DNA from: Hydrolagus colliei
Taxonomy: Eukaryota
DNA: 64,000 nucleotides
Direction of reading: 5' to 3'
Assembly: GCA_035084275.1 (NCBI GenBank)
Contig: CM068746.1
Span: forward strand, 16,864,001 to 16,928,000
Under the pieces are notes generated by a model. That model did not search any database, was not told where the DNA came from, and saw nothing but the letters and a program-made list of their open reading frames with translations. Shown here piece by piece: positions 51,890-63,834 of the stretch. A program made the translations under genes and the position numbers. How positions within the stretch are numbered: position 1 is the first letter of the stretch; each line of letters opens with the position of its first letter.

Positions 51890-52070
51890 GCACCTTCCAG
51901 CAGGACCTGGAGTTCTGGCTAGCCCAAGTGCACTGAGGCCAATTGCAGTGGTTATAGCAACATCCAAGGTGAGATCAGCTAATTTAGCACCAATTTCAGA
52001 TCAGGATCAAACCTGGGTCTGCGTGGCTCAGCTACTCAATGAATAAACTTACTGAGCCATCGGGAGAGCA
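51890..52070 (-). mobile_element. LF-SINE-like relic (5' part)
   Basis: Minus strand gatggctcagt...ctgagcca..cagacccaggtttgatcc...gctaaattagctgatctca...caattggcctcagtgcacttgggctag resembles a consensus recalled from memory. Confidence 0.5.
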
Positions 52071-52699
52071 GATGTGATGCCTTTGAACTGAATATTTTGC
52101 TCAACCTCAAGCACGTGAATTTGATTTACTCTAGTAACAAAATAGTCTACAGTTTTCATTACAGTGCAGAGAGAAGTAAAACTCATATTTATACATTATC
52201 TACTGCTTGCAGCAAATTTCTCATACTGTATACTTCACATCATTTATCTATTTATAATCCAGTAAAATATAGAATATCTGGGCAGAAAACCTTTATTAGA
52301 GAAACTCCAAGCAGTGCATTTAGAGGAGAAAGTGCCTTTTGTAAAATTTGATCCAGCTGTAAGGAAACCGGTATAAACTGGCTAATCCCTTAACTATCAA
52401 AAACAACAATTAATGGTCAAAATGCTGGTTTTCCCAGTTAACGTGGAAGTCATCCTGATGACAGATTATGTAAATAGCTCAAATACTGGGTCTGTTTTGA
52501 AGCGTTGTAAGTTGTATGTACCACAGCTCATCGTGATCACTTTATTATTGAGGATATCCTATTTCCCGACCCTATATGGCTGTAAACATATGCAACATTA
52601 CAGCACGGAAACAGACCGTTTTGCCCAGCTAACTAATACACCACATAATACCTCACACCTCCTAATCCTCTCTTCTCTACCACCTTAGTTTTTTATCTT

Positions 52700-52865
52700 C
52701 GTGTGCCTTCAGCTGCCCTACTACTGTACCTCTTTCCCTTCGCTCATCCCAACCCTGCATCCGACATCTCACCATCCCCCATGCTCGGGTCCCAGCCCCT
52801 CACTGTTCAGTGCCTTGGGACGACCTCTGGATGTGAAAGGTGCTCTACAAATGTAATTTTGTTAT
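52700..52865 (+). mobile_element. L2 3' terminus
   Basis: 3' UTR and stem-loop. Confidence 0.78.
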
Positions 52866-52894
52866 CATTGTTCATCGTTTTCTGAATCTAAACT

Positions 52895-53224
52895 GAGTCC
52901 TGTAGCTCAGTGGCTAGAACACTCACCTTACAAATGTGACACCTGTGTTTCAAATCCAGGAAGGTCAGGGTGAAACCTTGGGCCTTCCTATATAAGGAAT
53001 AAGTTTCCTTACTCCATACACCTAATAATAATCCCTCCCCAAAAAAATATTATAAATTGGTCATTTCAATTCAGGACTGTTTGTGGGATACTGCTGTGTG
53101 CAATTGGCTGCCGCGTTTCGCCCACCAATATGCAGTAAATTCACTTTACAGTATATTCTGTGAAATGCTTTGAGACGTCTAGAAGACGTGAAAAACGCTG
53201 TATCAAAATGCAAGGATTATTATT
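52895..53224 (+). mobile_element. Full-length tRNA-derived SINE, short subfamily
   Basis: Head, body, TAGAA-loop tail. Confidence 0.92.
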
Positions 53225-54019
53225 AAACCAACATCTTTCCCTCCAATAAATCAGGACGTGGTAATCATTTCTTTCAGAATGCTTCCTGAAGGACGTTTTA
53301 AATCAAAGTATTTCACCAGCGAGGGAAGAGGATAATATTCTGGGAGTGAACCCAAATGACCATATCAGGAAACATTACATGTGTTGGCCTTACAAATATT
53401 TTTTAAAGTGTCAGTTTCACATCCTCATACATGTACATGACAATATACTGCATGTTAACATGCTTCTCCAACTACTCCTCTATGATGTGTTAACACATGA
53501 TTTACTATTATGCGAAAAGAATCAGAGAGGTGTTCCCTCGAGAATATTATTGTAGTGATGTTAACTTTCAAGACAGAGGTAGACAGAGATGGGTAAATAA
53601 CCACAAATATAAATTAGTTCTGTATCGCTGGTACCAGGAGAGGAAGTGCAAGGGAAGGAGCAGGGGAAAGAGCAAAAGAGTGGGTGAGCAGAGATGATCG
53701 GAAGTGAACTCTGTGTGGTGTGTGGCTGTGAGTTTGACATGCCAAACCTTTTTTTCATGCTTCATTATGTTAACTGTTCCACCTGTTTAATCTTTTCTGA
53801 TGCATTTCCTAACACTTACATTTTTCCGTCATACTTTCTGTTTCAGCGTTAATCTGCTTTATCTAATTAATTATATATTTCAAAACATTTCAGAGACTCT
53901 TGTAATTGTGTAGAAGGCGCAATAGAAATTGAAAATGATTATCTTTTGTAGCTCAATGTTCCATTCACCCATCGTGAGACTATACATGCCGAGACTTTCC
54001 AGATTATTTTCTCCCTGTA

Positions 54020-54440
54020 TGATAATAATCATTGCATTTGATATAGTGCCAACAACAATGTGAAAAGTCTCAATGTGTTTCCACAAACTTTCTGTAAAGT
54101 ATAGCATTTGTGTATTTGTAGACAAATGTGGCAAACATTTGACAGAGCAATGTCCCAAAGCAAACCAGGAGATGAATGACTTGTTTGGCAATGTCACCAG
54201 TGAAATTCTATTCTCTTTTCAAACAATACCATGGGATCTTTAATGCCCACCCAAACATTTAGATGGACCGCAGTTCAATGCCTTATATGATACAAGGGCA
54301 GATAAGACTTTGGCAATCCAGCCCTCCTCAGTATTGCATTGGAGTGTAAGTTTAGAATACAAGTTCAAAGTTCCAACAGCGGACAACCCTGCGAAATCTG
54401 ACTCTGTCATTGTCAAATTAAACTAAGACCGATAGCTAAA
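54020..54440 (-). mobile_element. Old Deu-type SINE relic
   Basis: Degenerate similarity to 29410-29742 and 34657-35010. Confidence 0.55.
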
Positions 54441-55876
54441 CCCACAGCTGATAGAACACGTTTTCTAAATTAAGTCATCGCTCAAGGTGAAAACCCAAAT
54501 AATCATTGTCATACACTCAATGTACACATCAACAAATCTACGTTCGCCTACAAAATATGCAGTCCCTCTCCATCTTTAAGGTTCACCTGAAGACATTTAC
54601 TTTCGACCGTGCTCTTGGTCATCCTTCCTCAGCTTCCCCGACCCACAGTTGAAGCTCCCGTTTGGCTCATCACCTATGGATCATTTACAACTGATTTTAG
54701 TTTGAGATGAAAGGCCCTATATCAATGAAAAAATCTTGTTGTTGTCATGAGCTCCACAGTTCCCCCGTGAAGCGTTTTCAGACGTTTCATCAACCTGATA
54801 CGGTATCTATATCAAAGGCAAGGATTACTATTTAAGGCTTATTTTAGCGAATGACCAGCAATTGTACAATCTTATCCCTGTTCTACATTGGAAGTCCCCA
54901 GGGCCAACTCTCAATCGCATGCTACAATTACAAACAGCTTCATTGTTGTTCAGGTACACTATACAGGATTCTTTGTGTCCACATCAGTGATTTTACTGCC
55001 AGATGACTGTACATGTAATGGTAACCTAATAGGCAAGTAACAGAAACAGTGTCTCATATTTCAATTTCACCGACATATTTTAACTTACTTGTGTGTGAGT
55101 CACCGTTGAGTCACATGCATTTCCTCATTCGTGAGATGATTCAAAGGCTTTGCTGCGCTCAGTACGATGTTATCCATCTCTTCCAAGTCATCCTAATTAC
55201 TGACTACTTTCTATTGCGGTCTCTTAGATTTCTTTTCTATAAATCACCTTTCAATGAGAAACAGCTTAGGTTAGGAAACGGGCTGCAATCAACCTTTAAA
55301 TGAATCCCAATGCAGCAGCACTGTTACAATGTTGCTTGAGTTTTAATTTGAAAAGCTGACAGATCCACCAAGAAGCAGCACAGCCCCACACTGAGGCCGT
55401 AAAAACCGTTTACCAATGTTAAGTGTTATCTAATGAGCCCTGCTGCAGTAAATTTAAATGAAACCTCATCACATCAGCTGTGGATCATTTCAATTGTTTT
55501 TAGTTTTTCATACCTGTAAGGAAACGAATAGCTTGGCTTTCAGAACCACAGCACCTTGCATTATATTGGTCAGGTCGGTGCCTCATTCTTACTCTAATCC
55601 TGCTTTTGTTAGACAACAAGTGGATCGCATGTTTGTACTCCTGTTTTTCCATGTAGCCAGTCCCAGAGCTGAGGTGCACCAAGAAAGAGCCACTGAGACA
55701 AGATCAGATTCCGTGGTAAGAGAGTACCATGATTGACAACTCACATCAAATCTTTCTCACCAGCTCACAAACACAATGGAATACTACACAAAGAACCAGC
55801 AGAAGACCAACACTGAATTACACTAACACTCCCTCCCTTATCCTCCCCTACACCCAACACATGCTCAATTTATCTA

Positions 55877-56265
55877 TAATAATAATAATAATATGTGCAT
55901 TTGATATGGAGCCTTATCACATCTTCCAGATGTCTCAAAGTACTTCATAGAATCATAGAATCTTACGGCACAAAAGGAGGCCATTCGTCCCATCTAGTCT
56001 GTGCCGGCTCTTTGAAAAGACCAACTCACTCCCACTGCCCATATACTGTAAAGTGAATTCACTGTATATTTTGTGGGTGAATCCCAGCAGCCAATTGTGC
56101 ATAGCGGTGTTCCCACAAACAGTCATGGATTGAATGACCAATTTTTTTTAAAGCAATTATTACCCCCGGAAATGTGATCCGCCAAGCGACACACAACCGG
56201 ATTCCTACTTACTGCTAGATAAACAGAGGCTTGTGGAATAAGGAAACCTGCCCAATATTTCGCCC
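55877..56265 (-). mobile_element. Long-subfamily SINE with a nested CR1 3' end
   Basis: Extra segment present; SINE resumes at 56041. Confidence 0.85.
55946..56040 (-). mobile_element. CR1 3' terminus with (ATTCTATG)n tail
   Basis: catagaatcatagaatcttacggcacaaaaggaggccattc. Confidence 0.85.
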
Positions 56266-56592
56266 TAGTCAACAGTGTTCCTTGTATCCTTCCTAAAAGA
56301 GCAGTTTGTTATTAAAAAGTTGATACTATCTGGGGCAAGTTCATTCTGTATCACAACGTCCTACAGGCTGGATCTTGCAGACGCCTGAGGGCAGTAATTC
56401 ATATTATACACTCAAGGGACAAGCCATGTTTCCCTTTATCATCAGTGCCTTTCCTGTGTGCTTTGTAAATCAATTCATCTGAGCCCTCAGGATGTATTCT
56501 ATACAGCTGTATACCTTCTGTTATAGTTATACTGGTCCCTTTAAGAGGTTTACCAAATGCCGTGTTTTAATGTTCACTTTGAGAGAAAATTA

Positions 56593-57451
56593 ACAACAAC
56601 AACAAACAACAAACAACAACAACAACCAACAAATTACACTTATAAAGCGCCTTTCACGTCGGGAGGAAAGAGGAAAGGGAAGAAACGAGACGGAGGGATT
56701 GGGGGATGGAATTCCACAGGGTCGGAGCAGAAAAACTGAAGGTCCGGCCTCCGATGGTGGGGCAGTTCGGGCAAGGGGCTTGGAGCAGGCCAAGTCCTGT
56801 TGAACGGAGGGTCCGGGTTGCCTTGTAGGGGGAGAGTAAATTGGTTAAATAGGGCGGGGCAAGGCCATGTAAGGCCTTGAAGGTGAGGACGAGGATCTTG
56901 AACTCGATCCTCTGGAGGATGGGGAGCCAGTGGAGATGGGCGAGGGTGGGGGTTATATGGTCGCAGAGGCGGGTGTGGGATAATACACGGGCTGCAGAGT
57001 TTTGGATGGCCTGCAGCCTGTGAATGGAGGAACTGGGGAGGCCGACGAGGAGAGAGTTACCATACTCCAGCCTTGAGGTGATGTACGCGTGCACGAGTGT
57101 TTCGGCAGCGTGGGGGGTAGGATAATTGCGGAGCCTGGCAATGTTGCACAGGTGGAAGTAAGCGGTGCCGGTCAAGGCACGGATGTGGGGGAGGAAGGAG
57201 AGTTTTTGGTCGAACGTGATGCCGAGGTTCCTGACTGGCTTTGTGAGGTGGAGAGTACAGCCTTGGATGTTGAGGCTGGCAGCGCCCGATGTGCGGAGGC
57301 GCTGGCTTGAGCCGATCAGGAGGGCCTCGGTCTTACTCACGTTCAATTGGAGGAAGTTGTCCCTCGTCCAGGACTCAATGTCGGACAGACATGCTGTCAG
57401 AACATCGATGGTCTGGGGGTTGAGGGATGAGGCAGAAAGGTACAGCTGGTA
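56593..57451 (-). mobile_element. Longest L2 copy; open RT frame from just after the YADD motif (TQLYLS...NFLQLNVSKTEALLIG...); 3' UTR largely deleted
   Basis: ORF 56654-57346 and its upstream in-frame extension; (TTG)n-like tail. Confidence 0.94.
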
Positions 57452-57954
57452 TTTTTGACAAATAATAATTAAATATTCCTAGGAAACAAAGGCATTAATG
57501 TCACCTGAGGAAATAATATGTAACCTGATTGCAGATTTGAGTGAAAAGGAGGCAGAGTGACTTGCAGAAAATACATCTATACCGACAGGTTTTGACTCCC
57601 AATATTGCCTGTCACTCAAGACATCCATCACATCTGGGAAGTATTTGTCATGTTTTGGCTAAGATGCTGGTTGGCTAGTTCCAGTGGGAAATGCTGTCTC
57701 ATCGTTCAATCTAATCAAATATCAACTGCAATCGTTTGTTTACAGGGCAGCTTCAGTGAAGCGCTTCATCTCACACATCACCCACCTTTCACAACTACTA
57801 AGAACAGAGGAGGTATGATCAAGAAGACTCTTCAGTCTGATCCTCCCAGAACAACCACTTAACTACGTACTTTGCATTGCAGGATTTAACTGTGTCTTAA
57901 ATGAGTCCAGCATCCAGACCTCCCAACACATATTCCAGTAAACAATTTGATTTT

Positions 57955-58160
57955 GTCCACGTATATACAACCAATTCACTTTATAGTATATTCTGTGAAG
58001 CACTTTCAGATGTCTAGAACAACAACAACAACAATTTACATTTATATAGCGCCTTTCACGTCGGGAGGACGTCCCAAGGCGCTAAGTGTTAATGTGAAGG
58101 GAGAAGTTGAAGAAGAAGATGCAAAACGCACTATGTCAAATGAAAGGATTATTATTATTT
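57955..58160 (+). mobile_element. SINE tail interrupted by a short antisense L2 terminus (about 58018-58085)
   Basis: gatgtctagaa[caacaacaac...L2...]gaagatgcaaaacgcactatgtcaaatgaaaggattattatt. Confidence 0.8.
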
Positions 58161-58255
58161 GTTGATCATCGCTGCGTAAATACCTCCTGCCATCTATCAG
58201 AAAGTGCCATTCAAAACCTTGAACTTACACTTCCTTTTCCCGCTGCCTTGATGTA

Positions 58256-58960
58256 TCTGCACCTCAGGCACTGACAACATCAGCATTCAAGGCTGCACTC
58301 TCCAGTCAGGAATTTGGGTGTCTTGTTTGACCCCGATCTGTCCTTCTTTCCTTATATCCGCTCCATGACCGGTAAAGCCTTTCATCACCTCCGCAATATT
58401 GCCAGACTCCACCAATACCTCACCCCCCATGCCACTGAAACTCTCATTCACGCCTTTATTACTTCCAGGCTCGACTACGGGAACTCACTCCTCGTCGGCC
58501 TTCCTAGCTCCTCCCTTCACAGGTTGCAGATCATTCAGAAATCTGCAGCTTGTGTACTCTCCCGTACCAGGCTCCGCGACCACATCACTCTCACCCTCAC
58601 CCATCTCCACTGGCTCCCCATCCCCCAAAGGATAGAATTCAAGATCCTTGTCCTCACCTTCAAGGCCATTCATAGCCATCAGTGGTCGGGCTTTTAGCCT
58701 CTCTGCTCCCACACTGTGGAACTCCATCCCACAATCCCTTCACCTCACTTCCTCTCTTTCCTCCTTCAAGTCCGGTCTCAAGACCTTCCTCTTCAACTGT
58801 GCCTTCTGCTCCCCTCCTAACTCTTCCATCTCTCCTACTCTCCTTCCCCTTACACCTTACCCCAACCCTTCCTCCCTGCTTGGGTCCCGACCTGATTGTT
58901 CAGCGCTTTGGGACGTCCTCCCGACATGAAAGACGCTCCATAAATGTAATTTTGTTGTTG
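58256..58960 (+). mobile_element. 5'-truncated L2 LINE with internal deletions
   Basis: ORFs 58314-58697 and 58648-58929; stem-loop and TTG tail. Confidence 0.93.
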
Positions 58961-61126
58961 TATCTACTCAACAACAACATAAAAACTACATTTGTATAGT
59001 GCCTTTCACATCGGGAGGGTGTACAACATCAAACCAGGCATTTGGTCCAGTATTCCATGCCAGTATTTATCCAAATAAGCCTCCACCCCTCCCCTGGCAG
59101 CCCCTCTTGCATTGCATCAAACAGAATTATATGCATTTCTCTCACTTTACAACCGCTGAGGATCTGAGCTCAATTGATTTGTCAGTATTCAATTTGCTTT
59201 GTTTCTCACTGACTCACACTGCTAAAACAAGTTTCAAACCATCCATGAAAGATATGGGCCTTTTGTTACCTGCATTCAGTGCCTTGCATTTATTTAAATT
59301 GAACAATTGCCAGAAATCTTCCCTTCAAGCCCCATTGAGTAAGATTTGGCTTCTTCCTCCAATTGCACATCTTTTCCCCCAGCTTGGTATCACCTATAAA
59401 TTGACATGTCAATCCATCACAGGCTAGCTACACTGAAACACCATCCCCTACTGTGACCATTAACTTTCTTTTTACACAGTGCAATATTGGCTAAGAATCT
59501 CCTTGGGAATAGGATTGAAGATTAAGTAAAGAAGAACAAGTACAGTTTTGTTAAACAAGCATGGTGGATTCTGTGTTGCTCGGGCTGTGTGTGTATGTGG
59601 AGTGGGGGAAAGAGGTCAGGAATCTTTAGTCGAACTGTGGGGTGTATGAATATTTAACGGATGTACAATTATTTTTTATATTGCAAATAACTAGCAGTTC
59701 AGACAGACAACTTCAAACAGTACTTGAGCTCATTTGAACACACTAGCCTTGGCCTAGGTCACAAATGATGACAACAAATAATCTGCTCTGTTTAGCTGTG
59801 CTGGAAACAAAATGCATTGCTTTCAAAAGTTAAGAAGGATAATGTTTCAATTTATAATCCTTCCCTAAAAACAATCTCATGTTTGGATTGTGATTTGGCC
59901 ATATCCTGTAACCATTCACTGTAAAACGTCACAATGTTTGATTCTCAACTGGTGAGTGAGACTGAGCCCTGCACTGGATCTATTCCCCAGACAAGCCCAG
60001 AGCCACAGAGCGTATGTGTAAACGCATTCACACATGCTTGCTGAGCTGAACAGGATTGCTGTCAGGCTTGGCCTTTAATCCTCTTTCACTCGCTGTACCC
60101 AACACCGCACGACACACGCTGAGTTGCAAAGAGCAATTTACAATTACTGTACTTACTACAACAATCCTGTTCGCCCCACCAATTAAATAAATCGCTTTAT
60201 TACCGCAAAATACTGCTCCAAATTATATTGTATTGAATGCAATTTTGTTCACAAACATAGCATAGCCTTGGGTGAAAAGATCATGTTTCACACTAGATTC
60301 CCATTAAAATGCTTTTATTGCTGTGTGTTAGTTGTGATGTAGCTAATTATTTTCTTTCCCACCAATAAGATAACATTAGCAGTAATGATAATGAACAGCT
60401 GAATAGGAAACCCCAGAGGTTAGAAAGAACCACCTTCCAACCCTTCGGGTCGGTACAATTAAAGCGGTGATGTTCATCTCGTGACAGATGGTTGCTAATA
60501 TGGTTAATCTATCATTGTTTCCGCTGAGAAGCGGTATCTCTTCGGATTTGGAAAATTGTTCGTAGCACAAGTGCACCACTGTGCTAAATTAGCCTAAGCA
60601 AGATGGGAGATAGCCTGCTGTGGACTAAAATGCTTCATTCAGTCTTTTTCTCTGCATCCACACTGCGTCACAATGTAGCACTAGACATGCTTAAAAGGAA
60701 TTACAATGGACTCACTACTGTACTTCAACACCAACGGGATTTACTGCTTTCGTGGGTTTCTGTGCAAGCTTCATAATGCTTTGGGCCATTACAACTAAGG
60801 CTACCTGATAAATTAAAAATAAGGATTATGTTTAGGAAATTGTTTGATAGGTAAGGTCTGTATCACATTCCAGAAGCTATGAGAGTCAAACACATAAATT
60901 CTCCTTAATCGCACTGCTAGAAATACACTACGTAATGCTAGTCCATCTGATATACTCAGGGCTCAACTCTCAATACATTTACAAGATATCAGTGGTCGCC
61001 TACATATTTGGTTGGATTATTGTTTGGGTTTGAAAGCAATTTGGCAAATTGGGTTCATTGCTAAATACATACAACTGTATCCAAAGCAGCTAAACTCAAA
61101 AGAGAAGCCTTGTAGCAAACATTTAA

Positions 61127-61600
61127 TGATAATATTAATGATAATAATCCTTGCATTCGATACAGCATCATATCATATCTTAGAGACGTCTCAAAGCACT
61201 TTGTCAGGTACATTATAAAGTCAATTGACTATGTATTAATATGAGTACTAATAATTTATTACTTAAATGGTTATAGCTCCAACCCTAAGAGTCAGACAGA
61301 TAGTATATTTTCTGGTTATTGTGGCCCAGAATCCATGTTTGTTTCCTATCCCAACCCCTCCCCTTGCCATCTTTCCCCCACATTTCCTCTAATCCCACTT
61401 CCATGACTTTGTGGGACACTGCTGCATGCAATTTGGCCGCCGCGTTTCGCTCACAACTATACAGTCAATTTTCCTACTCTTCTTCATCCTGCCCGGACCC
61501 CTCCCACCGTGCTCTTGCCCCTACCTAACTGTACAGCACCTTGGGATGTCCTCTCAACGTGAAAGGCCCTATATAAATGTAAGTTTTGATTGATTTTTGA
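61127..61600. mobile_element. Cluster: SINE tail (-) 61127-61235, SINE body piece (+) 61410-61470, L2 terminus (+) 61490-61600
   Basis: Similarity to the in-window families. Confidence 0.7.
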
Positions 61601-62637
61601 TTGTTGGACAATCTGGAAGATCACCGTCTTGGTTCTTCAAAGGTAAATCATCAATGCAGCAATGGACAGAGTAGCACATGTAACACATACATGCCTTTGA
61701 AAATCCAGCTCTTTTATTGAGAAAACTTCTTTTTAACCCTTATGTTTCACTTCCAGGACTTTGAAATATAAAATAACTAATTAAACAAGGGCAGCCACAT
61801 CTATATTATGAAACATTTCCTAAATGTATGGTCCTGTCAGGATTAAAACAACTAGAGGGGGAATGCAGTCTTCCGTCCTCCCGAAACAGGACTAAGAGAT
61901 GGGGCAACAGCTACCCCCAAGGTGTGATGATCAATCAGAATACTCCAGTGGGGTTGGGCATCTTATAGATTCCTTCACAAATGATTTTAAAGGAACCCTG
62001 CCTGCGGCTCACAACTGTCCAAACCCATGGGATGAGGTCAAAATGAAAATAGGTGATTTATGTTTGCATTCAATCGGCTAATGAAAGAATTTCTTCAAAA
62101 GTGTACAACAGAATGGCAACCAGCTCCCGACACGATCATTAACACCCCGAGTCGGAATTTTTAAGCAGAGCCGATAACTTGATAGCGAGTTTTATTGCTG
62201 ACTGCAGCACTTTCTGTCCTTTTTCAGTTGTCTTAATAGAGAAAAAAACATAAGAGTCAAGCTGGACAACTAGCGAAACCTGGCGCATCATATCTTGAAC
62301 GTAAGCCATTTTTCAGACAGAGAGCATCTGTTGAACAATCTTTAATATGAAACAGATTAACTTTCTTCTGGCAGCTGGTGGTGTTCAGCAATAAACCATT
62401 GAGCCTCAGGACAGGGAGGACACAGGTACAGGAGGGCACAGTGCTATTCCAAACACAATTTCTGAAGAAACTGGGAGTTATAACGACATGTTATTAGAGT
62501 GTATTCCAACACTAAGTCAAATGAGAAGAAACGTGTATAGATTGTGCTTTAGAGCGGCTTAGGGGGGGATCACATTTGCTAATGGATTCTAGTGAGCTGC
62601 AGCTGATGTAAGGTGACACAAGGATAGAATTCAAAAT

Positions 62638-62795
62638 GCAACAACAACAACAAAATTACATTTCTAGAGCACCTTTCACATCGGGAGGACGTCCCAAGGA
62701 ACTGAAGAGTCGGGGGTCAGGACCCGAGCATGTTGGGGTGGGAGGGGGGGGTGGGGGTAGAAGTAGAAGGGCGGCTGAAGGCAAAACCTTCAACC
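62638..62795 (-). mobile_element. L2 3' terminus
   Basis: (CAA)n, stem-loop, and G-rich complement of the UTR. Confidence 0.85.
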
Positions 62796-63834
62796 CTCAC
62801 ACTGATCACCGCTCGCTTGTTCCACCATAACCCCAGCTCTTGCCACTCGCGTCTGCTCCCAGCTCAATGCAGGCGTTGCTGTTAACTCAATTATACTCGA
62901 GCACATTTTTCTGACTTCTAATTGGTCACACAGGTGCAGTCAGCTTTTAATATGTGATCCTGGGAGGTTACGACGGACATCCCTGGTTAACCGCATGCAG
63001 AAGGAAGTCATTTGCGTGTAATGGTGAATGTGTGTCCATGATGTCTATAATTTTGCTGACCTTTAAACTCCTTTTTTGTGGTGGGGTGGTTTGGTGGAGA
63101 GAGGGTCAGGTAGAGAAAGAGTATTAGCAGAGCGTAGGGTGGTACGAGTGAAATTACGTACTTCTCAGAACGGTTTCAAACACTACCTAATTTTACAGAT
63201 GTAAAACAACAACAATTAGCGTTTATATAGCGCCCTCCTCGCCGGGGTGGCATCCCAGAGCGCTTGACCTTGGTGGAGCCAGAACACATTAAAAGGAATT
63301 AATGTGACAGAACACCACAAGTTCCGAAATTGAACATGAAAAGAGATTTTTTTTTTGTTTGGCCAGCCGGATGTCTGACACACGCAGAAAGCCATCACCA
63401 TGATCACCGTGAATATCCTTCAAAACCAGTGGCTAATCCTGATTTGTAATGCTGATTAGTACAGTAAGTACCAACAAGCTATTCAATAGGGAGAAGGGTC
63501 ATGCTCAATCATATCCTCACCTGAGCTGCACACAGACACTTTCCAGCAGGAGTCCTTGGCTAACCATCAAAACTCTAATTGTACCTCTCCCTCCTTCGAC
63601 CATCAACCCCGACGCCAACTGTAGAGTCCTTATTGAAAACTCAGCACAGACTCTGAATCAAACTTCAGATCCACCTGGTCTATGTGCCTCGGTACCACAC
63701 AACCCAATCTAAATGCAGAGTAGACATTCAGGCATAAATGAATAACAATGAGGAATTTGCAGTTGTTTGTAAACTGCAAATAATAAGCATCAGCCTGGCC
63801 TCACTTGAGCCTCTGAATTGGGTGTTGTGAGTCC

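Noticed and set aside
56654-57451. Domesticated or active reverse transcriptase gene
   Set aside because: 5'-truncated just after the catalytic YADD motif, with no endonuclease, promoter or splice context; the open frame reflects a young insertion.
38567-58960. Antisense orientation bias of long L2 copies relative to NAV3 (4 of 5)
   Set aside because: Sample too small; shorter fragments occur on both strands.
6943-61235. Recurring palindromic motifs (gacgtc...gacgt) as a CRISPR-like array or terminators
   Set aside because: They are dispersed retroposon 3' stem-loops in eukaryotic DNA, irregularly spaced and on both strands.
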